A DNA stretch of 64,000 nucleotides, from the NCBI GenBank assembly GCA_950097015.1, contig CATNEN010000015.1, positions 186,001 through 250,000 on the forward strand, read 5' to 3'. Shown here one piece after another: positions 1 to 11,524 of this stretch (position 1 is its first letter; each line of letters begins with the position of its first letter). The translations under genes and the position numbers were made by a program. Under the pieces are notes generated by a model. That model worked only from the letters and a program-made list of their open reading frames with translations. It was not told the origin of the DNA and made no database searches. This DNA is from Macrostomum hystrix (Eukaryota; Animalia; Platyhelminthes).

Positions 1-3000
1 CACAGTTACTTCCGAGGCGGTCACTGCAACTCGGTGGCTCGTGGCGCCGGCTTCAGGATCTCTAAGGAAGAAGAGTCTGCCATTGGTCATCGCCTGGAGT
101 TCGAGTTCCTCTCCAAAAGTCCTCTCGGACTGGAACCGGAGTCTCCTGACCCCACAAACGGTCTTGTTGGCGCAGCCAAAATGGCCTGCACAGTTGCTCC
201 GGACCAGGAAGCAGCTCAGCAAACTGGAGCAACCATCACCAGCCAGAGTGATGCGTCCTCGATGCAGATGGGTTTCAGCGGCGAAGCCCGGGACAGAAAT
301 CGGCCGACGGAGCCGCAGCCGCAGGAACAGTCGGGCAGTTTCAAACGGGACGGAACTCAAAGGCAACCTGGAACGCGGCTGAAGGAGCTCTTATTAGGCA
401 TGGAGCCCGGCTACAGGAACACGCGTCAGGCCCGTGCGGTACAGAAAATTAACCAGAAGCGGCCGCTGAAACAGCCTCATCACCGCCCCGTTGCCATCTG
501 GCGAAGATTGGACCAGACGCCACTTCAGCAGAAAAAGCAAAGGAAGCACAGGCGGTCCGAATCGACGAGCCCGGTTGTCCAAGCAAATCGCAATGTTTAT
601 GGGCAGCCTGAAGCTCAGTCGTCGCGTCGAACCAGCAGTGCCAGACAATCCTGCTGCTGCCAGGCTGGCCAGCGCCCAACTGGCGACGATGAGTGGCCGC
701 CGATGCATCTGACTCGCAATCAGCTGGTGAAACCGTGCGTCCGACAATGTGGAACCACGGACTACTCATCCTTCTCAGTTGGCCGCCCTGCCATGGACAA
801 TCGTTTGATGGCTGGCACGTTCAGCCAGTGGCCGCCACAGTCGCTGCCGTGGCCGCGAAGTCGGATCCAGCTCACAATTCGCGCCGGGGAAGCCACCTGC
901 CGCCAAGCCACACTCAACAAACAGGCGAAGAAGTCTGCCGCCTCCACCGCTGCTGTTGCCGACCCTGCTACTTCTGCTAATGCTGCCGCAAGCCGCGCTA
1001 ATGAGCGAATTTCGTCAAATCCTACATCGTCAAATTTGTACTGGACTGGCTCGGCGGCTGCCCATCCTAGATCAAAGAGTACAGGTAAGTCTGGTTGAAG
1101 CTTGAGCTAGCCCGAAGAACAGACTGAATATTTTATCAACACGAGCTCAGTCTTCATTGATCCGAACACTCGATTAGACGACATAGGAGAAGGAAGGAAA
1201 AACAGTGGAGGATATGTCGTAGACAGATTTTAGAACTCAAAGTCAGTGATTTGACTCACAGCGGTAATAGGCTCAGAATCGTTTTTGTTTTCTCCATTCG
1301 TCACAGACAAACGCGTCGTCAAAGCCACGAGAAATAACAACAGCAATAACAGCAACGCCAATAACTCTAGCACCATTGCTGGATTCAGAAACTGCGCTTC
1401 CTGCCATCAGTGCCGTAGTTGCTGCAGGTCAAGCTCAGTCTACCGCAAGATTCGCTCCATATACAGCTGGACAAAAGGCTTTAGCGATGAGCAGCTAATG
1501 CGGCAGTTCATCCGACCAGACGACGATGGACTGCGAGCGGCTCTTGAACAGTTCAGGGTTCAAGTCCAGGGGCAAGAGCAGCCGGACGAGCGACTGTTCG
1601 ACTCGAAAGGCGGCCGCGGGCTCTACAGCCTGACTGAGCGGCTGTGTGCGGCGGCGAGTGCCCCGTCGGACTGCCCCAGTGGTGCGACTGCTTCAGCTGG
1701 CGAGCCGCAGTGCGAGCGGTGTCGGCGCGAGCGGGTCTATCTTTACCAGCGCGACACTCGGCCCGCGATTTTGGGTTTGAGGGAGTTCAGCGATGTCCAG
1801 AGCGACAACAGAAACCATCGGCTACATGCCGCCATCGACGAATATTCGACGGAACTTGACTCGAATGCTTCCCATCTTAGCCAGCAGAATCGGAAGCGAA
1901 AGCGGCTGTTTGCACCCTCGCGAGCTCTGAAAAATGCAAACTCATCGGAGCAGCGGGCCAGAAGGAGTGACAGCAGCAGCAGCGATTTAGCAGAGTTACA
2001 GATGTCACCGCATTTTAACTACAGTCGGAGTAAGGTGCCAGCCCACACGCAGCCCCCGCCTCCACAACAGCAGCATCAGTCACTTGTGCATCCGCCACCG
2101 CCGTTTCGCCCTCCACCTTCATCGCAGCATTCATCAGCTCCGAAGCGAGGTGTAGCAACCACCAACTGGGCAGAGAAAGACGCGGCCTCCATCAGCCGGA
2201 GAAACCGTGTGTCCAAGTGAGCCCTTATATTCGTTGGATAGATAGATCAAATCATATTGAAGTTTCAGCGTTTTCATCCTCCTTCTCTTGAAAGTGCTTG
2301 TGGCGCAACAACTTCTCTTCACTCGTTCATTTCCAGAGGCGGCAGGGGCAGGCAGAGTTTCGGACTGTCAGAGCTCGAGCTGTCCCGAATCAGTGGCGCT
2401 CAGACTGCAACTCGTCCGTTGTTCAGAAAACGTCGAGACAGCGCGAGTAGCGATGAGATTGAGCTGAACCTCGGCTTGATGGCTACAAACAGTCAATCTA
2501 ACCAGAGATCCATTCTTGAGTCGGTGCTCGCTGCGCATAATTCGCAGGATTGTATGCCTCGGAAGCCTCGCTGCTCCAAGGCGACGCACATTGCTCGGAA
2601 TGCGGCGGTCCCAGTCAAGGCATTCAAGAGCACCGTACAGAGCGTTGAGCCATCTCAAAGCCGCAGTTTTGGCGGTAAGGACACCAGCGTTTTCAGCCTG
2701 CTGGAGCTGGGCAGGCGGCGACGACGTCGAAGCGGTCGCGACCGGATGGCAGCGGGTGCAACGCCGAGCAGCCCTCGAGCAGACGGCTGGTTGAACGGCG
2801 CAGGCGCCACTAAAGAAGGTCGAGTGGTTCACAGCGGCTTTGCTGCCAGCGCCATATATGACAGCGCCATTGGGGGCGGTAGCGTCAGATGCGCGCGTCC
2901 GGCCGTTGAGGGCAGCATCCGCTCGAGTCACAATCGAACCTGCAGCGGCAGCGTGAATGCCAGGAAAGTTAAAGGCAAAAATATCATGGAGCTGAGCAGC

Positions 3001-3258
3001 AGCGAAGTCACTGAAAGCGGTCTTGGCGCCACGAGCAACAGCAAAACAGTCCAAGGCGGTGGTGGACTCGACACAGAGCAGAGCTCGGATTCGGACAGCG
3101 CCAGTGAAGAGGACGCGCTGAGAAGAAGCGATACCGGTCAGAAAGAATTCAAGACTGGCAAAGAAGTTTCGCGAGACGCCAACAGCGGAACTTACTATCG
3201 GTTTCAGCCACCGAAGTTGCCTCCGATAGTGTGGAACAAAAAGCCTGCTATTGTGTGA
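1..3258 (+). CDS. Uncharacterised low-complexity Ser/Arg/Gln-rich protein, 5'-partial, 3 exons (1-1084, 1307-2216, 2337-3258), at least 971 aa
   Basis: Three consecutive long ORFs join in phase: AG|GTAAGT at 1084/1085 to tcacag|AC at 1307 gives G|AC=Asp; AA|GTGAGC at 2216/2217 to ttccag|A at 2337 gives Lys. The frame is open from base 1. No domain recognised. Confidence 0.75.
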
Positions 3259-3323
3259 GTCCAGAACTGCCTTACTGTACTAAAACGGGCCTCTCTGAAT
3301 TCCAATGCGCTGTTCTAGCGAGC

Positions 3324-3790
3324 TACACAATCCTACGTGGTACATAATACCACATGGGTACATAATACCACATGGATACATAATACCACATAGGTACATA
3401 ATCCCACATGGGTACACAATCCTACGTGGTACATAATACCACATGGGTACATAATCCCACATGGGTACACAATCCTACGTGGTAGATAATACCACATGGG
3501 TACATAATCCCACATGGGTACACAATCCTACGTGGTACATAATACCACATGGGTACATAATACCACATGGGTACATAATACCACATGGGTACATAATACC
3601 ACATGGGTACACAATCCTACTGTTGTACATAATACCACATGGGTACACAATCCTACTGTTGTACATAATACCACATGGGTACACAATCCTACATGGTACA
3701 TAATCTAACATGGTACACTATCCTACATGGTACATAATCTAGCATGGTACACAATCCTACATGGTACATAATCTAACATGGTACACAATC
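3324..3790. repeat. Minisatellite of mixed 18-bp (ACATAATACCACATGGGT) and 17-bp (ACACAATCCTACGTGGT) units
   Basis: Tandem units read directly; explains the repetitive ORFs at 3280-3711. Confidence 0.95.
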
Positions 3791-3839
3791 CGTCCATGAA
3801 TGGTGCAGGCCTGAGCCCGTCTCGACAGCCGGGAGCGAA

Positions 3840-4952
3840 ATGGCTGGCAATGAACAGATCCAGACACCAGAGTTAGCGGCTGGCAATCTCGGCGCCGCTG
3901 GCAACTTTGCGATGCAGCCACAGGTGCCCACTGGTGTGCCTCTCGTGCCTGGCAAGACCACCATCCAGGTGCTGCGCTTTCACAACCCGTCCGTGGGACG
4001 GCCAGTCGAGGCGCCTCTGCGAATACGGCCGCCAAGGTAAGCTGCTTGTTGGAGAAGTTGAAGCGAATTGGCGGCATTGGCAAATCAGGTTCGAGGATGT
4101 GACCCATGCCACCGCAGACGTTCAGTACTGTCCGTCGGTCGACAACGGTCTACCGTTTGCAACTGATTTCATCTTAGCCACTTTTGACATCAGTTTTGGT
4201 CGTTTATTGCGACAGCAAGATGAAGCCCTTCTATATTATGCTCAGATTCTAAAGATTTTGAGCATCTTTTCCACGATCCTTTCGCCACGGTGTCTCCTCC
4301 AAGAGGATTGAAATATCTGTACGCTGAAACATCACCCGCTTAATTAAAGCAGGCCCTGCGTTGCTCAATTTCTACTCTGTGAACTACCCCAATTTCTACT
4401 CTTAGAATTTTAGAGTTAAATTTTATATCGGTCTCTTGAAGGACGCAGCCGTTTGGTTCTTGTTGTGAGTTGTAATATTGGGATTGGGCATTGGGATTGG
4501 GATCGGCCCCCAAAGGCTTCCACCTTTGCCTCCAGGTCTGTTTAAGTCGTGAAACGCTCGCACGGTAGACTCCGCAATTATCGAATGAATCAATGTTCAG
4601 GAACTAATTCTCGATTTGTTCATTTATCCCAAGCCGCCATCGCCTCAACCGTCGCAGATTTTTGAGTCAGCATAGCGAGATGGCGGCCATATACTCAGAT
4701 ACCAGCGGCCTGCTGAATGTGGTGTTGCGTCGCGGCAACTACTCGAACTCCGCCCAGATTAACGAGGCCAGACGGCGCGAGCAGGAGGCGGCGTCAGACG
4801 AGCAGGTGGACGAGAAGACTCAGCCGGCAGCAAATAGGAGCCTGGTGAAGCAGCGGGAGCTGGCGCTCAAGGCCGCGAGTCTGATGTGCGCCGTGGAGAA
4901 GCAGCTGCGCCAGCTGCAGGTGATGGAGCGGACGGCCGCGGCGAATCGCTGA
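3840..4952 (+). CDS. Small hypothetical protein, 2 exons (3840-4036, 4634-4952), 171 aa, C-terminal coiled-coil-like segment
   Basis: ATG at 3840, donor AG|GTAAGC at 4036/4037, in-phase acceptor atcccaag|C at 4634 into the ORF ending 4952. The AAG acceptor is weak. Confidence 0.5.
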
Positions 4953-5404
4953 GGTTCCGCTGTCTGATTTGTTACTTTCCTGCATTTTTCCTTTAAGTAC
5001 TATTTGTTGCTCCCTCTAGTGCGCCACCCTTGACCAGTACTTTAGCAGTGAAGCGCTATTTCCTTTTTTGTCAGTTGTGCAGTTTTTTTCTCGCGCCGTT
5101 AGTTTCTTAAATTTACAAATAAAACCGGATGCGCAATAATCACTCGCTCTTCAAACCAGCTGTGGGCTGGTCAATTTTTTAAGACGATACTAGCAAATCC
5201 ATGGGGGCTCCCGATAGCTCATCGTCTGTTTGCTGATTTTCAGAATTAGGTATTGTTCGAACTGGCTGAGACCGTCTGCTCAACATCTGCAATTTAGGCT
5301 TATTTCATTTGATAAGTCGCAGTTTTTAAGCATTCCGTATTCTAGAGTTACGAGTTACAAAATATTTGAATGGACGTTGCAATCCTTCATCTGACACCAT
5401 CGAA

Positions 5405-5515
5405 ACACACCATGTACACACATGTACACGCACATGTACACACACATGTGCACAGACTTGTACGCATCACTGTACTCACACATGTACACTAGCATGCACG
5501 TGTACAGACACCATA
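5405..5515. repeat. CA-rich degenerate microsatellite
   Basis: CACACATGTA-like units. Confidence 0.75.
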
Positions 5516-6286
5516 GATCTGCACTGGCCAAAAAATTTGTCGCAAAATGATCGAGGAAAAATTCATGAGCAGTGCCTAAGCAGCAACATACATTGATATA
5601 GACTTGATTGATGAAAACTATATTTCTAGACCAAGAAAATACATTTAAAAAACAGAAAGCAATCAGATCTGCACACACTCGCACCTTACTGATATAGCGA
5701 CAAGAAAGTAGTCTGTGATGCACTTTACATTTTGCACGAAAGCCTTGCTATAGCCTACATCTAACCGAAAATAGTCTCAAAATACATCAACAAGTACTCG
5801 GCATGGCGAAAAACTCATACGCAACAATATTCATTTAAGTCCAGTAAAATAAAACTTAGCTCTTTGACAAACTAAAAGTCTCTGGAATAGGTAGGAATAA
5901 ATGGAAACAAAAAACATAAAAAATGACTTTCAAGTTGCTTGTATCTGTCACAGATACAAGAGAGCATTGTGAGTTACAAGCTTGTATTTAAACGGTGAAC
6001 CGCTTTTGTGACAATTCGCATTGCACTGTAGGATATTGCGACGACTAGGATAGCAAGTAAAAGTCACTAGCGAGTATGAAGTTCGAATTTGAGTCCCTGG
6101 AAAAATAGAGATTAAAATCGTTGGATTATTTGGATCAGAATTCTAGGATAATCCGGATCAGGTTTCAGGAATCGTCAAGCGTTGAATCGCTTAGAGTTGA
6201 ATATCCACAAATCTATATATAAATATCCGTTGAATCCGTCTGGATCGAGAAGATGCGGCCTTCCTGAGGAAATGTTGGTTCGGATT

Positions 6287-9200
6287 TCAGTCTGCTGGAG
6301 CCCCTCCCGACTGGCCGCTGAGCCTCTTGTGGATGCGGTCGGCTCTGTCCCTCCAGACGAGCTCCGGGCAGGACAGCCGCTGCAACAGGCCCTCCACGTA
6401 GTCCACCAGCCTGATGAAGTACCGGGCGAAGTCGCTCCGTCGGCTGTGCGGCTGCGACTCGTGCGTCAGGGCGGCCAGAAACAGCAGGATGACGTCGACC
6501 TCCGTGTCGTCGTCGCTCTGGCCGCTGGCGAGCTGCAGCAGGAAGAGCGCCATGTAGCGCACCAGCGTGCTAGTGTACCGGTCCACCGCGTCCAGGCCCG
6601 CCGTGATGGTCGGCGTCTTCATGAGGCTGGTGGCATTCTGCAAGGAGGCCAGTCGAATGTCACAGACAGCTTGTTTTGGCAGTGCGGATTTGCGTCCAAG
6701 TCTGACAAGCAGCACCACAGCGTGGCACGAGTAGTGCTCAAAATTAGCCCTTAATAATAATTGTTGCAGGAGGGCTGTGGGCAGCGGCACATCATTTGGT
6801 GACACTAGACCCGCAGCCAGCGAGGAGGCAATTCTGCCCATTTCGCTGACTCCTGAGCACACGCACACAGATAGGAAACGCAGGCACACGCTCACTGGTG
6901 TGTACATATCTCCCTTGACTTTCGTATCGTCAGGCAGTTTTCGTACACTTCACTGTGCTTTGTAGGTTGATCCTCAAGATCGTAAATTGCATGACAAGCC
7001 CCCAAGCCTTCTTTTCGCGGCTGCGCCCCAAATTAATGTGACCTCGCCGTGGAATCGAGCTAAGAGACCGTGGTGCGAGAGCCAGACGCGTTAACCGCTC
7101 TGCCACTCACCCCCAAACTAGCCGTTGGTCTCGGGCCTGAGTTCTCATCTGACCAACCTTGAGACGGGCTTGACTTGTTTAGCCCACAAAGCAACTGCTT
7201 GACTTCATGGTTGTCAGTCGCAGAAATGAATCGAACGATTGACTGGAGCTGGCATACTCGGTCTGAGAGGACGAGCTGAAATCTTCTTAGCAGTAGAAAG
7301 ACTACGTTATTTCCCCCCTGGGTATTTCAAATACCCACTGCCTGCTTAATGATAGCTCTAAAACCGAATGACCGATTTTCGGGAAAGTAAACCATATGGA
7401 TCAAAATTGTCAACCCTTTTCCATGAACAATTTTAGCATGTGTTCTGGATTTTCATGGCAATTGGTTGGATATTTTAGGAGATACAGAAAAAGATAAACG
7501 TGGCCATTTGAAAAACCTCCGTGGTCTGCAGCTGTTAAAGGACAAATGGATTTATCCGCAGATCCTCATCCCACTCACCTGAATGGACAGCGCCGGAGCC
7601 TTGAGCTGATGCAGCCAGCAGAGCAGGAAGGCGGCGAGTTTGGCAGCGTCCCGACATGCCAGAATCTCCTGGAAGCCACGGGAGCCGTTCAGCTGGTCAC
7701 GCCAGGCCTCCATCTCTTCGTCCAGCGCCGGCGATGCGGTGAGCACCTGGTTGAGCAGCTCCTCCCGGTCAGAGGCCTCCGTCTGGAGCTGCAGCAGCCG
7801 CTGAGTGACAGCGTAGACAACCTGGGACAGGTGGCGCAGCTTCTTGGCCTCCTCGCCATGCAGAATGGCCACCTGGCGGCGCATGTGCTCCTCGTAGCTG
7901 AATCGGTGGCCCCAGGTGATGGCCCGGTCAGGGAACAGCACCAGGTAGGGTCGGATGCGCTCGCTGAAGTCCATGGCCGAGTCTACCTGGAGCCAGTGAG
8001 GGAAGCGTTGGGATTCAAACATGTCCTGGAAGTTAAAAAGCGGAGCAAATGTTTCTTGCTGTTCCAGCTCGTTGCGACATGTTTGCGTCCTCCGGGGCGA
8101 CCTTGAGAGTGAACCGCGAGTATGACAACGAAGATGCAGAGCACCCTTTTTTTAACAAAGACCGGCTTCGCTACCCTGGTCCGAACCCGTCTATTGACGA
8201 GTTTTGCCAGCATGACAGCACGACAGCACAAGACGAGCCACGTTTTTCCCATCGGAAGACAAATGCTACAACACGGACCGGCGGACCACCCTGACCGGCA
8301 CCGCGTCATCGCATATTTGCGGGCCTACAGGGGTTAGCGGAACGGGTGACCCACGCCTCCGCCGCTGTGTCGATTGACCGCCCTGCAGCTTAGTCTAAGT
8401 AAGTCAGCCAATCGAGACTCTAATTTATGGCGTGAGGCTGTACGTATTTAATTAACTTTATGGAGGGCGATAATACGTCTTCATAAAGTCTAAATGAAAC
8501 CCGGCCTCTGTACTAAGCTCAGCCTTCAGAAAAATGTCCTTCTAGCGATATTGCCTTACCTGCAGCTGAGTCTGAATCGACTGCGGCCTGCGGTGCCGCA
8601 CGTAGGCGATGGCCTCCTCGCCGCTGAGTCGCTCGGCGAATATCAGGTAGCAGGCGATGACGAGGCCAGTGCGACCCAGGCCAGCGTGGCAGTGGACGGC
8701 CACGTTGCCTTCGCTGACGGCGAACTGGACCACCTTCACCACGTCCAGCAGGCGCTCGAACTGCACGGTGGTAAAGTCGGGCCAGGCAAAGTTGTACACG
8801 GCCAGGCCGGCGGACATGAACTCAGCCGGGTCGTAGGAAAAGCTGCCGTTCACGAGCGGTTGGCCGCAGTGAGCGTGCTCTCCCGGCTCCTGCAGGTTGA
8901 CGATGGCGCGGATGTTCTGCCTGCGACGGTGATGCAAGACTCTTTAGTTTTTTAGAGGCCTTATACGGTGCTCTTCAATTTCATCCATGGAATTACGCCA
9001 TTAAAAAACACATCGCGTGACTACGATTGGGCCAAAGACAAAAATCTTGGGTAGAAATCTAGGCCTCTTTATCGCGTTGCCTAATATATCAGCGTTTCGG
9101 CAAGGGTGTCGGCTTTATCAACTCACTCGTTGAACTGCTGTATGATGTTATGCTCCTTGACCTTGGCCTGTACGGGCCGGCTCATTGCCAAGATGGTCTT

Positions 9201-9470
9201 GGTCACCCTGAAATTGCAGGGCCAAGGCGAAACGTTTTGATGGCCACACAAAAGTGTTGTTCGGATTTCGAATGGTCTCCAAGATCAGTGCCCGCTCACC
9301 AGTGCGAGTGCAGGCCTCGCACAGCGAAGGCGTCCTCGGGGAATCGACCAACCGGGTCGCAGTGCTTGCAGCCAGCGCCGCCGCAGAACTGCCGGCAGAG
9401 GGTCTCGCTAGACAGGCCAGTGCGCACCGCATTGCCCAGTGCCGTGTACAGCGACTCTGGCGGCTTGCCT
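6287..9470 (-). CDS. PTPDC1: Protein tyrosine phosphatase domain-containing protein 1; exons ~9300-9470, 9127-9207, 8560-8920, 7579-7986, 6287-6637 (start exon uncertain)
   Basis: Spliced translation contains FCGGAGCKHC, WVTKTILAMSRP, IVNLQEPGEHAHCG, YNFAWPDF, the catalytic HCHAGLGRT, RPQSIQT and LHGEEAKKLRHL, all matching the PTPDC1 family. All junction phases are consistent. Confidence 0.9.
6751..7114 (-). mobile_element. tRNA-derived SINE (family A), in PTPDC1 intron
   Basis: Minus-strand A box TGGCAGAGCGG, B-box-like GCTCGATTCC and (ATT)n tail; aligns end-to-end with 53362-53724. Confidence 0.85.
8100..8404 (+). mobile_element. Degenerate 3' fragment of a non-LTR retrotransposon
   Basis: Encodes EDAEH-PFFNKDRLRYPGPNPS, similar to ENAEHFIYHCPVFTRARLKYLGPNPD at ~25830-25910. 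It ends CCCTGCAGCTTAGTCTAAGTAAG, a tail also seen at 28574-28596. Confidence 0.65.
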
Positions 9471-9589
9471 AACGGATGCGGTGGCGAATGAGGACCAGTG
9501 CTACTCACAAACCTTTTCCAGGCTTGATACGAATGGATAGATAAAGAAAGATAGGTTATTAGAAGTCATGCCTATCCTAATTGCGCCAT

Positions 9590-9700
9590 GCGTACAGTCA
9601 GTGGCACAGCCGCAGCTATTGTGCGGCGGTTCCAAAGGCTGAGAACAAATGTTCAGTCCATGGACTGAGAGTGGGAGCCGCCACAACCCCTGAATGGTAC
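9590..9700 (-). mobile_element. 3' tail fragment of SINE family B
   Basis: Contains CAGTCCATGGACTG and the GC(A/G)CAATAGCTGCGG segment shared with 50244-50556. Confidence 0.65.
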
Positions 9701-11524
9701 TCATTTCACGGTTGGGTTAACTATTTTGCTCAAGGAAACAAGCTTTCTGTCTGAAACACTGGGGCTATTTGCTCTGCCCAAGCTTCCCAAGTTGACAGAT
9801 TAGATAAGAAATTAGATAAGATTAGATAAGAAAGCATTGACTAGCATTGACTCACAGAGCATCTCATTGCGCTCCTTCTCGCTATTTCTCCACTCGAGAC
9901 ACTCGCGAGAGTACGAGTGCACCAGTCCCTTGTCTGGTTGGGACATCGCCATTGTGAAGCTACCTGGAGTCCTGGAATGATGTTATTAAACATATGTGGT
10001 ATAGAGATGCCTCACACAAAATATCTATTAATCAACCTGGGTCCTCAAACAAGATTAATAAAAATACTATAAATACTTGATTATCAACATTATTTTATTT
10101 TAAATAACACTTTTGTCCCAACACAACTATCTGTTTTCTAATGAACCAGTTGGATCAGAGCAATTAGTTTTTATGACCATGGAATGCAGATTAAAAATGT
10201 TCTGACCCACACATAGGTCAGATATTTGTCAATAAATATGATATGTAGTGAAAATTCATAACTCAATTACAGTATTGAATCTAAAGAGGACATAAACGCA
10301 TGAATATTTTTTGTCAAAAAGATTTGATAAGTGGTAAAATATCGGAAAGCTCCATTAACACTGAAAACATGTAACATTTATTAAATTATGCTTATAAATG
10401 TCATATTGGAGGGACTTAATTAAAATCTCTGCTTTCTATATAGTTTTTTGAAAACCAGTTTTCCCATTTACCCCTAAAAATAGGAGATATATCTTTTTGC
10501 GAACATTTAAATAAATTAAAGTTTTATGCATAAGATGCTGTACATTCATATTCTAAATAAGAATACATTAGATTAATTTAAGTTCCCAATAATGCAATTT
10601 TTTGCAGAAAAGCATGAAAGTTATTAAAATTAATTTGAAATGTAGGTCTGAACAATCTTTAAAATGATGGCAGTACTAGATAATTAAAGATAAGACGGAA
10701 TTTTTTAGACGGAATTTCTCCGTTTAAAAATATTGACAATGCCAACGGACCCATCAGAGCAAAGTAAAACAAATGTAGCCACATACTATTTAATAATTAA
10801 CTGTTAAAGTATTAAAAACGCAACATAATCATTCATACACAAAATTTGTTTGTTTCTTTTGATAAACAACTAGTTATATTCCAAATACTACGCCAATTCG
10901 CATTAAATAATTTCCTTCTTTACGCTTGTGAAAAGTTCATTATTTATTTTTAGTTCGAAAAAAATTAATTTAAACTTAAATGTAATAATTTAATAATTTA
11001 AGTTAAACTTAATAACGTCTCTGTATATTATCTTACTTTAGAATAGAAAAGATAAGAAATATTAAATAGATATAAGATCTACTAACAAATGTAGTTACTT
11101 AGATAAAGATAAAAGATTAAAGAAGAAAAACTTAAAATCTTTTAATATGAATATATGATTTTCATCGTAAATATTTGAACGCTCTGCTACTGTATTTACG
11201 AAACAATGGGCAACTAAATTACAATACTCAAAATGTTTTATGAATCGATAGCCTTTGCACTAATTAATTTAGTGGTAGTTATTAGTGATGAAGTTAAAAT
11301 ACATGTTTGATCCAATTTTTTCGTTTATTTGCGTTATGGGCTATTCCTTTTTAAGCGCACAATTTCTACTTTAAAGATCATATCTCTTGATATTTTGAAA
11401 TTTAAAATATAAAACTGACGAACTAACTCGCTAAAATTTCCATACCATTTTTTGCTTTTATTGCTGAATAAATTTTAAGTCGACAAAAAAATTCCCGAAT
11501 TTTTAATAGCGTGTAAAAGTAAAA

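Noticed and set aside
9950-11520. 1.5-kb very AT-rich block with a small hairpin near 10701-10730
   Set aside because: No ORF, TIR pair or TSD could be identified; treated as ordinary intergenic DNA.
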